Below, in pieces: positions 37,971 to 48,353 of a DNA stretch of 64,000 nt. The stretch is from positions 66,251 through 130,250 of the forward strand of contig CAWKJP010000008.1 in NCBI GenBank assembly GCA_963850035.1. Reading direction: 5' to 3'. The notes under the pieces are model-generated. The model was given only the letters and a program-made list of their open reading frames with translations. It ran no database searches and was not told where the DNA came from. The DNA comes from an uncultured Chloroflexia bacterium (GTDB lineage Bacteria; Chloroflexota; Limnocylindria; Limnocylindrales; CSP1-4). Each line of letters opens with the position of its first letter. Position 1 is the stretch's first letter. The position numbers and the translations under genes are program-made.

Positions 37971-39285
37971 ATGTCCAGTCGCCGATCCGTGCGCGTCGCG
38001 GTAGGCAGCCGCCTCGGGCTGCTCCGCCACGACGACTACCGTCGCCTCTGGGTCGGCGAGACGATCAGCCAGTTCGGCTCGCAGGTGAGCCTCCTCGCGA
38101 TCCCGTACATCGCGACGGTGACCCTGCAGGCGAGCGTCTTCGAGGTGGCCCTGCTTGGCGTCCTCCAGTTCCTGCCGTTCCTCCTGTTCACGCTCCCCGC
38201 GGGCGCGTGGGTCGACCGGCTTCGGCGGCGTCCGATCCTGATCTCCGGGGACCTCGTGCGACTCGTGGCGCTCGGCTCCATCCCGCCCGCGTGGGCGCTG
38301 GGAGCATTGACGATCTGGCAGCTCTACGCGGTCAGCTTCGTCGCCGGCATCGCGACGGTCTTCTTCGATGTCGCGTACCAGTCGTACCTGCCCGCGCTCG
38401 TGGCTACCGACGAGCTGGTGGAGGGCAACGCCAAGCTCCAGGCGAGCGAGGCGTCGGCCGGCGTGATCGGACCCGGCCTCGGCGGGACGCTCATCAGCCT
38501 GGTCGGCGCGCCGCTCGCGGTCATCGCCGACGCGCTCAGCTACCTCGCCTCGGCACTCTTCGTCTCGCGGATCGAGCGCCCCGAGCCGCATCCCGAAGCG
38601 GCACGCCGTGAGGCAGGCCTCGCCCGCGAGCCACTCCGCCGGCAGGTCGCCGAAGGACTCCGCTTCGTCCTCGGGAACCGGTACCTGCGCGCGATCGCGG
38701 GAGCTACCTCGTCGTCGAACCTGTTCAGCAACGTGATCTTCGCGATCATCCCGGTCTACCTGTACCGGGAGCTGGGTCTCAGCGCGGCGACGACAGGCAT
38801 CATCTTCGGCATCGGCGCGCTCGGGAGCCTCGGCGGAGCGCTCCTGGCGAGCTCGATCGCCCGACGGGTGGGGCTCGGCCGGACGATCGTCGGCGCCATC
38901 GCGTTCGACGGGCCGGCCATGCTGCTGGTCGCCCTCGCCCCGCATCGACGCACCCGTCGTCTGGCTCATCGCCGCGTTCGCGTTGGCCAGCTTTCAGGGG
39001 GTGGTCTACAACGTCAACCAGGTGAGCTATCGCCAGGCGATCACCCCGACCGCGATCCAGGGTCGGATGAACGCGACCATGCGCTTCCTCGTCTGGGGCA
39101 CGATCCCGATCGGCTCGATCCTCGGCGGGATCCTGGCGACCGCGATCGGCGTCCACGGCACGATCTGGATCGGTGCGGCCGGCTCGTTCCTGCCGTTCCT
39201 CTTCGTGCTGCTCTCGCCGGTGCGGACGCTGCGCACGATGCCGGAGCAGCTCGTCGAGGCGGAGCAGCTCGGGCCTCCGGGCTGA
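37971..39285 (+). pseudogene. MFS transporter with one +1 frame change
   Basis: YRRLWVGETISQFGSQVSLLAIPYIA...LPAGAWVDRLRRRPILI... in the first frame to about 38940 (run GCCCCG). Continues in the frame of ORF 38983..39285 (IDAPVVWLIAAFALASFQGVVYNVNQVSYRQAITP...). Confidence 0.8.
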
Positions 39286-39462
39286 GGGCGCCGGTCACAC
39301 GGCGAAGGGGATCGAGTCAAGCGAGGCGTCCATCCACCGGATCGCGGAGACTGCCTATGCGGTGGCGTCGGGCGTGACGGCCTTGGGGGTTCGGCCCTCG
39401 TGTTGCGCGCTCAGCAGGCGGATGACTCGCCGGCCATTCCGGGCTCACGGGAGGACGACGAC

Positions 39463-39774
39463 ATGGCGATCTACCAGACGGCCACGTACCGGGTGAAGGC
39501 AGCTGCCGTCGATCGCGTCACGCGGGCCATCGAGGATTTCGTCGACTACGTCCGGGCAAACGAGCCCGGGACGCGGCTGTACCAGTCCTGGCAGCTCCAG
39601 GGAGACCCGACCTCGTTCCTGGACCTGTTCATCTTCGCGGACGAGGAAGCGCAGCGGATCCATGGCGAGTCGGAGGCGGTAGCGCGATTTGAGTCGATCT
39701 ATTCACCGGAGCTGGTCGACGGAGAGATGGTCTTCACCGACTACGGCCTCGTGGCGAGCAACGACGAGCGGTAG
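39463..39774 (+). CDS. antibiotic-biosynthesis-monooxygenase (ABM)-like protein
   Basis: MAIYQTATYRVKAAAVDRVTRAIEDFVDYVRANEPGTRLYQSWQLQGDPTSFLDLFIFADEEAQRIHGESEAV. GGGAGGA upstream of the ATG at 39463. Confidence 0.75.
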   Translation: MAIYQTATYRVKAAAVDRVTRAIEDFVDYVRANEPGTRLYQSWQLQGDPTSFLDLFIFADEEAQRIHGESEAVARFESIYSPELVDGEMVFTDYGLVASNDER

Positions 39775-40064
39775 TGGCCTTGGTCCGGCTGCCCGGAGCG
39801 CTCGCCAGCCCCTCGGCATTGCTTCGACAGGATGCACGGCGGCCCATTGGGGCCCGCCGTCGCCCCGCGCAGAGGATCCGGGCCGCATGCATCCGACGGA
39901 TGACGGGCTTATCCTCTCGTGACGCAGACGATCCGGGTGAGTTGCCCCGTCCAGCGACGGGTCGCCCGGTATGATGCGCCAGAGGTTTCCGCCCGGCCGA
40001 ACCGGGCGAGCGCGCCTACCGAGCCACGTTCGCGGCTGTACCGGGCGCAAGGAGTGATTGATTC

Positions 40065-41285
40065 ATGACCACACGCATCACCCGGTTCGGCCTGCTCGCT
40101 GCGACGCTCGCGATCGTCGCGTCGGCGTGCAGCGGCTCGGCCACGCCGACGCCCGCGGCGTCCGTCGCTGCCCCGTCGGTCGCCCCCTCGGCCGCCCCGT
40201 CGGCGGCCGCCTCGGTTGCGGCGAGCCCGTCCGCCGCCGCGAGCGCGTCCCCGGCGGCGTCCGGGGCGGCGCTCAAGATCGGCGTCGTCACCGACCTGGG
40301 CACGCTGAACGACAAGGGCTTCAACGAGTACAGCTACAAGGGCGCCGTCGATGCGGCAACAACGCTCGGCGCCGCGACCCCGTCCTCGATCGTCCCGAAG
40401 GACTCCTCCGAATACGCGACGGACATCCAGCAGCTGACGGACCAGAAGTACGACGTGATCGTGACGATCGGCTTCAACATGACCGCCGCCACGGTCACGG
40501 CTGCCAAGGCGAACCCGACGGTCCACTTCGTGGGCGTCGACCAGTCGCCGATCTGCGTCGATCCGACGGGCGCCCCCGACGCGACGTTCGCCTGCAAGGG
40601 CGACCCGAAGACGCTCCTGCCGAACTACACATCGGTCTACTTCGCGGAGGATCAGGCCGGGTATCTCGCCGGGATCGTCGCCGCGTACGCGAGCAAGGCC
40701 AACATCATCGGCGCCATCGGCGGCACCACCCTTTGCGCCTCGTGCGTTCGATTCATCCAGGGCTATGAGCTCGGCGCCAAGTCGGTCAAGCCCAGCATCG
40801 TCGTGAAGTCCGCATACGTGACCCACGACTTCTCGGCCGCGGCGTTCAGCGATCCGGCAGGCGGCAAGGTGTTCGCAAAGACATTCATCAACAGCAACAA
40901 GGTCGACGTCCTCTTCCAGGTCGCCGGCGCGACCGGCAACGGCGTCCTCGAGGCCGCCTGCGCTGCCCACATCTACGGCATCGGTGTCAACGTGGACCAG
41001 TGGGTCTCCCTGGGCGCGCCGGCCAACGCGTGCATCATCACGAGCGCCGAGAAGCGCATCGAGACCGCCGTCAACCAGGCAGTCACCGGAATCGCCGCCG
41101 GCACCCTTGCCCCTGGTGACGTCCTCTACAACGCCGTCAACGACGGGATCGCCGCCTCCCCGTTCCACGACAAGGCCAGCCTGTTCGGTCCCGAGGTCCA
41201 GGCCGCGCTCGACAAGGCCCTCGCCGACATGAAGGCCGGAACGCTCAAGACCTGCCCCGACACCGGTTGCGGCGTCTTCAAGTAG
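40065..41285 (+). CDS. BMP-family (PnrA-like) ABC substrate-binding lipoprotein
   Basis: Signal peptide with lipobox LAIVASAC, then an Ala/Ser/Pro linker, then KIGVVTDLGTLNDKGFNEYSYKG...AEDQAGYLAGIVAA...VDVLFQVAGATGNGVLEAA. AAGGAG upstream. Confidence 0.9.
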   Translation: MTTRITRFGLLAATLAIVASACSGSATPTPAASVAAPSVAPSAAPSAAASVAASPSAAASASPAASGAALKIGVVTDLGTLNDKGFNEYSYKGAVDAATTLGAATPSSIVPKDSSEYATDIQQLTDQKYDVIVTIGFNMTAATVTAAKANPTVHFVGVDQSPICVDPTGAPDATFACKGDPKTLLPNYTSVYFAEDQAGYLAGIVAAYASKANIIGAIGGTTLCASCVRFIQGYELGAKSVKPSIVVKSAYVTHDFSAAAFSDPAGGKVFAKTFINSNKVDVLFQVAGATGNGVLEAACAAHIYGIGVNVDQWVSLGAPANACIITSAEKRIETAVNQAVTGIAAGTLAPGDVLYNAVNDGIAASPFHDKASLFGPEVQAALDKALADMKAGTLKTCPDTGCGVFK

Positions 41286-41310
41286 GGCCCGCTGGAGTCC
41301 GGGTGCCGTA

Positions 41311-41339
41311 ACGGGGCGGGCCGGCGTCGCCCGCCCCGT
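41311..41339 (+). terminator. 11-bp GC hairpin after the BMP gene
   Basis: ACGGGGCGGGC-CGGCGTC-GCCCGCCCCGT. No clear U tract. Confidence 0.55.
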
Positions 41340-41461
41340 CGGCATCATGCGCCGCGACCCCGGTACCAGCGAACCTGAGCACGAGGCCCGAATCGCCCGG
41401 CAGGGCTCTCTCCCGCCATGGCGGCCGTCGGCGACAGGACACCGGTTCAGGAGATGCCCCG

Positions 41462-42256
41462 ATGATCGACAAGGACCTGGTTGCGGAAGGGCGCCAGTAC
41501 CACATCGCATGTGCGGCGGGGGAGGTCGGTCGGTACGTGGTCTTGCCGGGCGATCCCGGGCGTGTTCCGCTCATTGCCGGGTTCCTCGACGATGCTCGGC
41601 TCGTCGCCCAGAACAGGGAGTTCGTCACCTATACCGGCGCGATCGACGGCGCGGCCGTCTCGGTCTGCTCGACAGGCATCGGCTCGCCGTCCGCCGCGAT
41701 CGCGCTCGAGGAGCTCGCTTCAATCGGAGCCGACACGTTCATTCGGATCGGCCGGTCGGGCGGCCTTCAGCCCGACGTGCCCGTCGGTTCGATCGTCATC
41801 GCAATCGGTGCGATCCGAGACGAGGGGACGTCTCGAGCGTATCTTCCCATCGAGTATCCAGCCGTGGCGGATCCAATCGTTGTCAACGCGCTGATGGACG
41901 CTTCGGCAGATGTCGACGTGCAGTGCCGATACGGTGTCATCGGGTCGAAGGATGCCTTCTTCGCCGAGGTGCGGCCCGACAGCATGCCGATCGCAGAGGA
42001 GTGGCAGGCCCGCTGGCGAGCCTATCGCCGCGCAGGCGCTCTATGCTCCGATATGGAAACGGCCGCGATCTTCGTCGTCGCACGTGCCAGGAAACTTCGG
42101 GCCGGCTCCGTTCTCCTGGTCTCGGACAACCAGTTCGCAGGCAGCCAGCTGGGCCCTGAGCCGTCCATGGATGACACGATCAGGGTCGGCCTCGGAGCGC
42201 TGCGGCGCCTGATCCAGTGGGACGTGGAGGGGGCTCCTCGGCCCTCTCGGGGGTAA
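41462..42256 (+). CDS. nucleoside phosphorylase (PNP_UDP_1 family, uridine phosphorylase-like)
   Basis: YHIACAAGEVGRYVVLPGDPGRV...SVCSTGIGSPSAAIALEELASIGADTFIRIGRSGGL...IRDEGTSRAYLP...CSDMETAAIFVVA. Confidence 0.85.
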   Translation: MIDKDLVAEGRQYHIACAAGEVGRYVVLPGDPGRVPLIAGFLDDARLVAQNREFVTYTGAIDGAAVSVCSTGIGSPSAAIALEELASIGADTFIRIGRSGGLQPDVPVGSIVIAIGAIRDEGTSRAYLPIEYPAVADPIVVNALMDASADVDVQCRYGVIGSKDAFFAEVRPDSMPIAEEWQARWRAYRRAGALCSDMETAAIFVVARARKLRAGSVLLVSDNQFAGSQLGPEPSMDDTIRVGLGALRRLIQWDVEGAPRPSRG

Positions 42257-42388
42257 ACGGCGCGAGAACTACCTCAAGGCGGCACCGGACCGCTCCTTCA
42301 CGAGCAAGCTCGGGTGCGGACCCGTCGTCGACGAATCCGACACTCGCCGAACCATCGACCACTCATTCGGATTGCGAGGGATTTCGCC

Positions 42389-43159
42389 ATGAATCCTCGA
42401 CTCGTCGACAAGATGACGGTTGGAAGGACGGGCCCGCAGTACCACGTGGGAGTGGAACTCGGGCAGATCAGCGACGTCGTGCTCATGCCCGGCGACCCGT
42501 TCAGGGTCCAGCTCATCGCCGATCGACTCGACGACGCTGTCGAGGTCGCTCACAAGCGCGAGTACCGCACGGTGACCGGCTTCTACAAGGGTCGCAAGAT
42601 CACGGCCTGCTCGAGCGGAATGGGATGCCCGTCGACAGCGATCGGTGTCGAAGAGCTTGCACGGGCCGGAGCCAGCGTCTTCATTCGCGTTGGCAGCACC
42701 GCAGCCACGCAACCGCACATCGCAGTCGGTGACCTCATCGTCAGCGAGGGTTCGTTTCGCAACGACGGGACGACCGCCGCATACGTTCCTGCCGGCTACC
42801 CCGCCGTGCCGGACTTCGCTCTGACGATGGCCCTTGTCAGCACGGCGAAGGAGCTCGGCGCCACCAACGGATTCGCCGTTCACACCGGGATCAATGCGAC
42901 CGACGATGCGTTCTATGCCGAGACACCCGAATGGATCGCCAAGATGCAGGAGATGGGCCTGACCAATGTCGAGATGGAGAGCTCCGCGATGTTCATCGTC
43001 GCCAGGCTCCGTGGGCTTCGCGCGGCGATGGTGTGCGCGGTATCAGGAAACCTGGTGACCAACGACGTGGTCTACGGCCGCCCGAATGAGCGTCTGGCAG
43101 CGGGCTGGGAGCACAGCATCGACGTCGCGCTCGAGACCGTTCATCGAATGGGCATCTAG
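42389..43159 (+). CDS. second nucleoside phosphorylase paralog (PNP_UDP_1 family)
   Basis: YHVGVELGQISDVVLMPGDPFRV...ACSSGMGCPSTAIGVEELARAGASVFIRVGS...FRNDGTTAAYVP...NVEMESSAMFIVA. Start at the ATG at 42389 inside ORF 42314..43159. Confidence 0.85.
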   Translation: MNPRLVDKMTVGRTGPQYHVGVELGQISDVVLMPGDPFRVQLIADRLDDAVEVAHKREYRTVTGFYKGRKITACSSGMGCPSTAIGVEELARAGASVFIRVGSTAATQPHIAVGDLIVSEGSFRNDGTTAAYVPAGYPAVPDFALTMALVSTAKELGATNGFAVHTGINATDDAFYAETPEWIAKMQEMGLTNVEMESSAMFIVARLRGLRAAMVCAVSGNLVTNDVVYGRPNERLAAGWEHSIDVALETVHRMGI

Positions 43160-43164
43160 GATCG

Positions 43165-44154
43165 ATGCTGCTCAATCTGCATACCCACCTCGAGGGAACC
43201 GTTCGTCCGGGGACGGCCGCCGAGATCGCCAAGGAGCTGGGTTGCCCCACTCCGACCGGCGGGTGGGAGAACGCCTTTCGGATCAAGGGTCCGGGGAATC
43301 TCACGGTGTTTCTCTCGCACGTTGCCGCGGCGTATCCCCTGCTCGGCCGAGCGGAGAATCTCCGTCGAGTCGCGTTCGAGGCGGTCCAGGACGCTGCGCT
43401 GGACGGTCAGTCCTACATTGAGATCCGCCTCGGCCCGGGCACGCACGCTCGCCCGAACCTGTCGGTGCTCGAGGTTCTCGAAGCGGTCTGCGGGGGCGTG
43501 GCCGAAGGGACCGCAGTGACCGGCATTCAGGGCGGCGTGATCGTCTGCATGCTTCGCCACGAACCAGCGGAGCTGGTCCAGGAGATCGCGCGTGCGGCCG
43601 TTGCGCTTGCGGACGATGGGGTGGTCGGGCTCGACATCGCCGGTGACGAAATCCTCTACCCGTCACTCAACCGCTTCGCGCCGTTGTACGCGCTTGCTCG
43701 CGACGCTGGTCTCGGACTTACCGCGCATGCGGCCGAGGCCGGACCGGCGAGCGCCGCTCGCGAGGCGGTCGAAGTCCTCGGTGTCAGCCGCATCGGTCAC
43801 GGCAGCCATATTGCCGATGATCCCGAGCTCCTTGAGTGGATCCGACGTGAAGGGGTGACGATCGAAGTCTGCCCAACCTCGAACGTGCTGACCCAAGCGG
43901 CCCGGAGTCTCGCGGAGCATCCGGTGCACGCATTCGTGAGCGCCGGATTAGCCATCGCACTTGGCGACGACAATCCGCAGAACACAGGCGTCAGCCTCAG
44001 CGAGGAGGCGCGCCTCCTCGTCACGGATGGCGGCCTCAGCGTGGATGTCGTCGCCGGCTTCGCGCATGACGCGATCACCGCGGCCTTCTGCTCGGATGGG
44101 GTGCGGCGGGATCTCGCCGCGCTGCTCGACCACGAGGCAACAGCGGCCGGTTAG
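43165..44154 (+). CDS. add: adenosine/adenine deaminase-family protein
   Basis: LNLHTHLEGTVRP...GVVGLDIAGDE...GLGLTAHAAEAG...RIGHGS...IEVCPTSNVLT...ALGDDNP. Confidence 0.85.
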   Translation: MLLNLHTHLEGTVRPGTAAEIAKELGCPTPTGGWENAFRIKGPGNLTVFLSHVAAAYPLLGRAENLRRVAFEAVQDAALDGQSYIEIRLGPGTHARPNLSVLEVLEAVCGGVAEGTAVTGIQGGVIVCMLRHEPAELVQEIARAAVALADDGVVGLDIAGDEILYPSLNRFAPLYALARDAGLGLTAHAAEAGPASAAREAVEVLGVSRIGHGSHIADDPELLEWIRREGVTIEVCPTSNVLTQAARSLAEHPVHAFVSAGLAIALGDDNPQNTGVSLSEEARLLVTDGGLSVDVVAGFAHDAITAAFCSDGVRRDLAALLDHEATAAG

Positions 44155-44246
44155 CGTGTGCGGGTCGACCGACGACCTCTCTCGCAAGTTGAGCCGTGGC
44201 TCGGGTGCCGCTCGCTACGTGCGAGGAGCAGGGTGCGCCTGCCGTC

Positions 44247-44765
44247 TCAGCGACGAGCCGTCATCAGTTCCGCGGCGGCGAGCAGCCCGCGGAGCTGCGC
44301 GCAATGCTCCTCAAGATGGTCCACCACGATGACGTTCAGGACCGCCTGGACGCTCATCGATCCACGCGCGGGGTGCAGGCCCAACGTGGCGAGGTCAGCC
44401 GGGCCGAGTCCGGCGAGCCGGCGTTCGTATCGCGTGATGTCCGTGGTGACGCGGTCGAACAGCTCCCGCAGCGGGACGGTCCGATCGCGGCCGATGATCG
44501 CGATGCGGAGCTCGTTCGTCGCCACCCGACCGAACGGGACGGGCGTCGGCGACCCGGCCAGGATGCGCTCCACCTCGCCCAGCCAATAGGGCAGCATCTC
44601 GGTGAGGTGGGCGAGCACCTCTGGCGGTCCCCAGGCAGCTTCGGGGCCGGGTCCGAAGTCAGCTGCAAGCGGCCACGGCTCGCGAGCGAGAACGGCCGGC
44701 CGAAGCGTCGAGAGCGTGTCGACGGCCGCCCGCAGGCGGGCACGGATTTCGGCTGGCTCGGTCAT
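44247..44765 (-). CDS. DinB-family protein
   Basis: MTEPAEIRARLRAAVDTLSTL...PEVLAHLTEMLPYWLGEVERIL...VIVVDHLEEHCAQL. Start at the internal ATG at 44765 of ORF 44247..45113. Confidence 0.8.
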   Translation of the reverse strand: MTEPAEIRARLRAAVDTLSTLRPAVLAREPWPLAADFGPGPEAAWGPPEVLAHLTEMLPYWLGEVERILAGSPTPVPFGRVATNELRIAIIGRDRTVPLRELFDRVTTDITRYERRLAGLGPADLATLGLHPARGSMSVQAVLNVIVVDHLEEHCAQLRGLLAAAELMTARR

Positions 44766-44928
44766 CGCGGTCGGCCTCTTTGAGCTGGCGTCGGTGGTCA
44801 CGCGAAATGTCGCAGGTCTCCCTGCATCGAGCACGACACCTCCTCGTGTGCGGCCACGCCGTCCCGCGAGCGTGGCGCCCGCTCGACATGCCCGGCCTCC
44901 CGAGCGGCCGCGCGACCGGCGTGACGGC

Positions 44929-45687
44929 CTATACAAGGCCGCGCGCGGCCCACGCCACGGCTGTCGTCGCGAACGGTTCCGCCGACACCAGTTGCCGACA
45001 CCGGTCGCGCAGCTCCGAGCGCCGGTCGACGTCAAGGCTCGCCAGGTAGGCACCGGCAGGTCCGACGCCACGCGTGAACGGCTCCCACCAGGCGTCGAAG
45101 GTCGGATGCGCAAGTCGCACGGACAGGGTCGCCCCCTCCACGACGCGCAGCCCCGCAGCCCCGAACAGGTCGATCAGCTGGCCTTCGCGCGTGCCGGGTC
45201 GATGTGACTCGTCGTCGACGTCGCGATCCATCGTACGGGCCGCGTCCCAGAACAGCCGGAGCGGACCCTGGCTCCCGCCGTGGTCCCAGACGCACGCGGC
45301 GACCACACCGTCGCGCCGCGTGACGCGGCCCATCTCGGTGATCCCCGCGAGCGGGTCACTCATGAAATGGACGACCAGCTGCGCCAGCGCCGCGTCAAAC
45401 GACCGGTCTCCGAACGGGAGCCGCTCGGCCGACGCTCGGCGGACGTCGACGCCCGGATTGCGAGCCCGCGTTGCGGCAACGAACGACTCGGACGGGTCCA
45501 CTGCCGCAACCGCTTCGGGTCCGAGGCGCCCGACCAGCTTGCCCGTCAAGGCGCCCGTGCCGCAGCCGACGTCGAGCACCCGCTGCCCGGCGCGGACCGA
45601 GGCGAGGTCCGCCATCTGGCCGGACAACAGGCGCGAGAACCGGCCCATGAAGCCGTCATAGGCGTCGGCGGCGACATCGAAGCTCAT
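44929..45687 (-). CDS. class I SAM-dependent methyltransferase
   Basis: RVLDVGCGTGALTGKL (motif I)...AERLPFGDRSFDAALAQLVVHFMSDP...RRDGVVAACVW. Start at the ATG at 45687. Confidence 0.85.
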   Translation of the reverse strand: MSFDVAADAYDGFMGRFSRLLSGQMADLASVRAGQRVLDVGCGTGALTGKLVGRLGPEAVAAVDPSESFVAATRARNPGVDVRRASAERLPFGDRSFDAALAQLVVHFMSDPLAGITEMGRVTRRDGVVAACVWDHGGSQGPLRLFWDAARTMDRDVDDESHRPGTREGQLIDLFGAAGLRVVEGATLSVRLAHPTFDAWWEPFTRGVGPAGAYLASLDVDRRSELRDRCRQLVSAEPFATTAVAWAARGLV

Positions 45688-45885
45688 GGACCGAAACCGC
45701 CCCTCCTGCTGACTCGAAAGAGCCGAGGGCGGCAGCATATGAGCGGGGGACAAGACGCAGGGGGAGCTGTCTCCCGCGGTGGTGCTCGCCAAGGCGGCAA
45801 CACCGGCCGCGGCTCGGTTGTCCTGGCGCGCCCGGACGAGGACTCCATCGCGGGTGCCTGCGTGAGGCACCCGTACACTGCGGTC

Positions 45886-46464
45886 GTGTCCACCCTTGAC
45901 GATGCGCCGCTTGTCCACGCCGACGAGCCCGCCACGTGGCGCGCATGGCTCGAGGCGAACCATGCGACGGCCCGCGGTGTATGGGTCGTGACCTGGCGGT
46001 CCGGGTCCGGCCGGGTCCGTCTTGGCTACGAGGAGTCCGTGGAGGAAGCCCTGTGCTTCGGCTGGGTGGACAGCACGGGCGGCAAGGTCGATGAGGAGCG
46101 CGGCAAGCTCTACTTCGCGCCGCGGAAGCCGCGCAGCGTCTGGGCCGCGTCCAACAGGGCGCGAGTCGAGCGGTTGATCCGTGAAGGGCGGATGGCTCCT
46201 GCGGGTTTCGCTGCGATCGAGCGGGCGCGAGCGAATGGATCATGGGAGACCATGGACAGCGTTGAACGCCTCGAGCTCCCGGAGGACCTCGCGGCCGCCC
46301 TCGAGATCCGTCCGCCGGCGGCGACCAACTTCGCGGGGTTCCCGGCGTCGGCTCGCAAGATGCTCCTCGCCTGGGTCGCGCTCGCGCAGCGCCCGGCGAC
46401 TCGCGCGGCACGGATCGCCGAGATCGCGGAGGCGGCCGCCCGCAACGAGCGCGCTCGCGGCTGA
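45886..46464 (+). CDS. YdeI/OmpD-associated family protein
   Basis: PATWRAWLEANHATARGVWVVTWR...VEEALCFGWVDSTGGKVDEERGKLYFAPRKPRSVWAASNRARVERLIREGRMAPAG...ARKMLLAWV. The GTG at 45886 is chosen and the start is uncertain. Confidence 0.75.
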   Translation: MSTLDDAPLVHADEPATWRAWLEANHATARGVWVVTWRSGSGRVRLGYEESVEEALCFGWVDSTGGKVDEERGKLYFAPRKPRSVWAASNRARVERLIREGRMAPAGFAAIERARANGSWETMDSVERLELPEDLAAALEIRPPAATNFAGFPASARKMLLAWVALAQRPATRAARIAEIAEAAARNERARG

Positions 46465-46665
46465 GATCCGATCTGACGGCTCGACCGCACCCGCGCAGAG
46501 TTGAGCGCCGCGCGCAGGCTGCGGGACGAGTCGCGAAGGAGGCGGCTGACCTCCAGCCAGTAGGGGTACGCCGCGGCAATCGGTATTGCTACGTCCACGC
46601 GCGACGGCCGCGGCCGCCATCGACCGCAGGCGCCGCCAGCGGGACGGGATTCAGGCGGCGGTCGA

Positions 46666-47061
46666 TCAGTGGACCACCCGGGGCCGGGTCCGCACGGGGT
46701 AGGGCAAGTCCGGGAGGTCGCCCTCGGAATGAACGTGCGTGAGCTCGAACTCGAGGTTGTCCGTGTCGGCGGCGTGCTTCGCGAGGGCATGCTCACGGGA
46801 CGTTGCCCAGTACAGGCGACTCATGGGGCCTGCAGGGGTCGAGAGTCCGATCCTGGAGGAGTACAGGATCACCGGGCTGTAGGCGGTGTCTTCGAAGGGC
46901 TGGCCGTCTTCGTCGAGATCCTCGGGGTCGACATACTCCTCTGCCTCGATGAAGAGGACGGGCTCGGCCTCGAGGCTGCGTTCCGCGAAGTCTCTTGCAT
47001 ATGGAGCGTGAATGAACACGCACCAGAGGCCATCCGGGGCCTTCATGACCTGCCGTTTCAT
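46666..47061 (-). CDS. hypothetical acidic protein (131 aa), no family recognised
   Basis: MKRQVMKAPDGLWCVFIHAPYARDFAERSLEAEPVLFIEAEEYVDPEDLDEDGQPFEDTAYSPVILY... GGAGAGGAAGG upstream of the ATG at 47061. Local G+C about 58-68%, below the surrounding level. Confidence 0.6.
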   Translation of the reverse strand: MKRQVMKAPDGLWCVFIHAPYARDFAERSLEAEPVLFIEAEEYVDPEDLDEDGQPFEDTAYSPVILYSSRIGLSTPAGPMSRLYWATSREHALAKHAADTDNLEFELTHVHSEGDLPDLPYPVRTRPRVVH

Positions 47062-47541
47062 CCGCCTGCCTTCCTCTCCGCCCCCGCGCTCGGGAGTTCC
47101 CGAGGCGCGCGCTCCGCCGTCACGCTCAGCCGCTGCCTTTGAGTGTGGACCGTCTTCACCTCGACGATGGTGGGTCAATCGCGAGGCGTCGTGGGCTCTC
47201 CTCGGACGCACCACCAACAGTCGCACAGCCCCTTGATCTGGTCTCCCGGCGGGCGAGCCGGAAGCTCGCGCTCGTAGAGCTCGGCCGCCCTGGCCTCCAG
47301 CCGCGCGTGGCGCGATCGCGAGTTCTCGTCGCCCGCTTCCGGGGCCGCGCCATGCACGTGGTTGGTTCCGACCAGCGGCGAGCCCCTCCAGCTCCTCAAG
47401 TGGCCGCCGACGGACCGGTGCCCGTCGCGTCCTGCGCCGCGGCCCGGGGGAGGATAAAGAACTCCGGCCACGCCGTCGGCGTGACCGGAGCGACCGCGGT
47501 TGCCTTCCGCCCCGGGTGCTACCTCCCGGGGGCCAGATCCC

Positions 47542-47772
47542 TCAGGAGATGTGGCGAAGGAACCACAGGATGCCGAGACCCACGAGCCAGGGGATCGCGA
47601 GCAGGGCCGCCGCACCGGCTCCCACGAGCCAGCCGATCGGGCCGAGCGCCGTCAGGAGAAGCAGGAGGGCCGGCAGGGCGATCGCCCAGAGGATGAGCAG
47701 CAGGGTCAGCGGGCCATGGAACAGGCTATGGCGCTGCGAAACGTAGATCACGGGCGGCTGAGTCTGATACAT
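47542..47772 (-). CDS. small two-TM membrane protein (76 aa)
   Basis: MYQTQPPVIYVSQRHSLFHGPLTLLLILWAIALPALLLLLTALGPIGWLVGAGAAALLAIPWLVGLGILWFLRHIS. Confidence 0.5.
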   Translation of the reverse strand: MYQTQPPVIYVSQRHSLFHGPLTLLLILWAIALPALLLLLTALGPIGWLVGAGAAALLAIPWLVGLGILWFLRHIS

Positions 47773-47973
47773 CGGTCGTCGTTCCTTGTGTCGAGGGCGG
47801 TCATCGCACCGCCGCGTTCATTGTCCCAGACAACCACATCGGGCGCTCTCAGCTGATCGGCTCGGCCAAGCCTCCAGCGGGCAGAAGCTGGGCATCTGAT
47901 GCAGGCGGCAGCGACCCGTGCTCCCCTATGCCCCGGGGTACCCGGGCCAGTTCTGTGATCGTGCCGCGACTGG

Positions 47974-48288
47974 TCACTCCAGGAGCCGACGCCCGATGGC
48001 CACCAGGACCCTGGCAACGTCCGCGTAATCCTCTGGACGGACGACAAGCACCTGGGGCTCGATGTGCGGACTCTCCGGCACGATCACCAGGGTGGCCGGC
48101 CGCTCGCGTTCGATGTCGAACTCGATGCGCCTGAGCGCACGGTACGGAACGTGCAGTGCGACTCGATCGTCGTCGGCCACCGCGACTCGACGATCGGTGA
48201 GGATGATCCGCTGGGCCCGAGCGTTCGCGACCAGCTCGATCGCTTCATCCGGTTCGAGGATCTGCGCGACAGGGTCGTCGGTCGTCAT
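47974..48288 (-). CDS. bacterial PH-domain-like small protein (104 aa)
   Basis: MTTDDPVAQILEPDEAIELVANARAQRIILTDRRVAVADDDRVALHVPYRALRRIEFDIERERPATLVIV. The pattern resembles bPH/YokE-like domains; assigned by eye only. Confidence 0.55.
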   Translation of the reverse strand: MTTDDPVAQILEPDEAIELVANARAQRIILTDRRVAVADDDRVALHVPYRALRRIEFDIERERPATLVIVPESPHIEPQVLVVRPEDYADVARVLVAIGRRLLE

Positions 48289-48353
48289 TGGCGCACATGT
48301 CTCCTGATCGCATCGTCAGGGCGTCGCCATTGCGTCCGCATCAGTGCCAGCGG

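Noticed and set aside
40130-40270. Repetitive GC-rich DNA in the BMP gene (and similarly 62560-62700 in the cupredoxin gene)
   Set aside because: Encodes Ala/Ser/Pro-rich lipoprotein linkers. This is low-complexity coding sequence, not a repeat array or CRISPR.
47175-47615. 146-aa minus-strand ORF ending in …LCDCWWCVRGEPTTPRD
   Set aside because: No ribosome-binding site at candidate starts, only moderate GC3 bias, no recognisable family. Left uncalled, though the last ~60 codons might be real.
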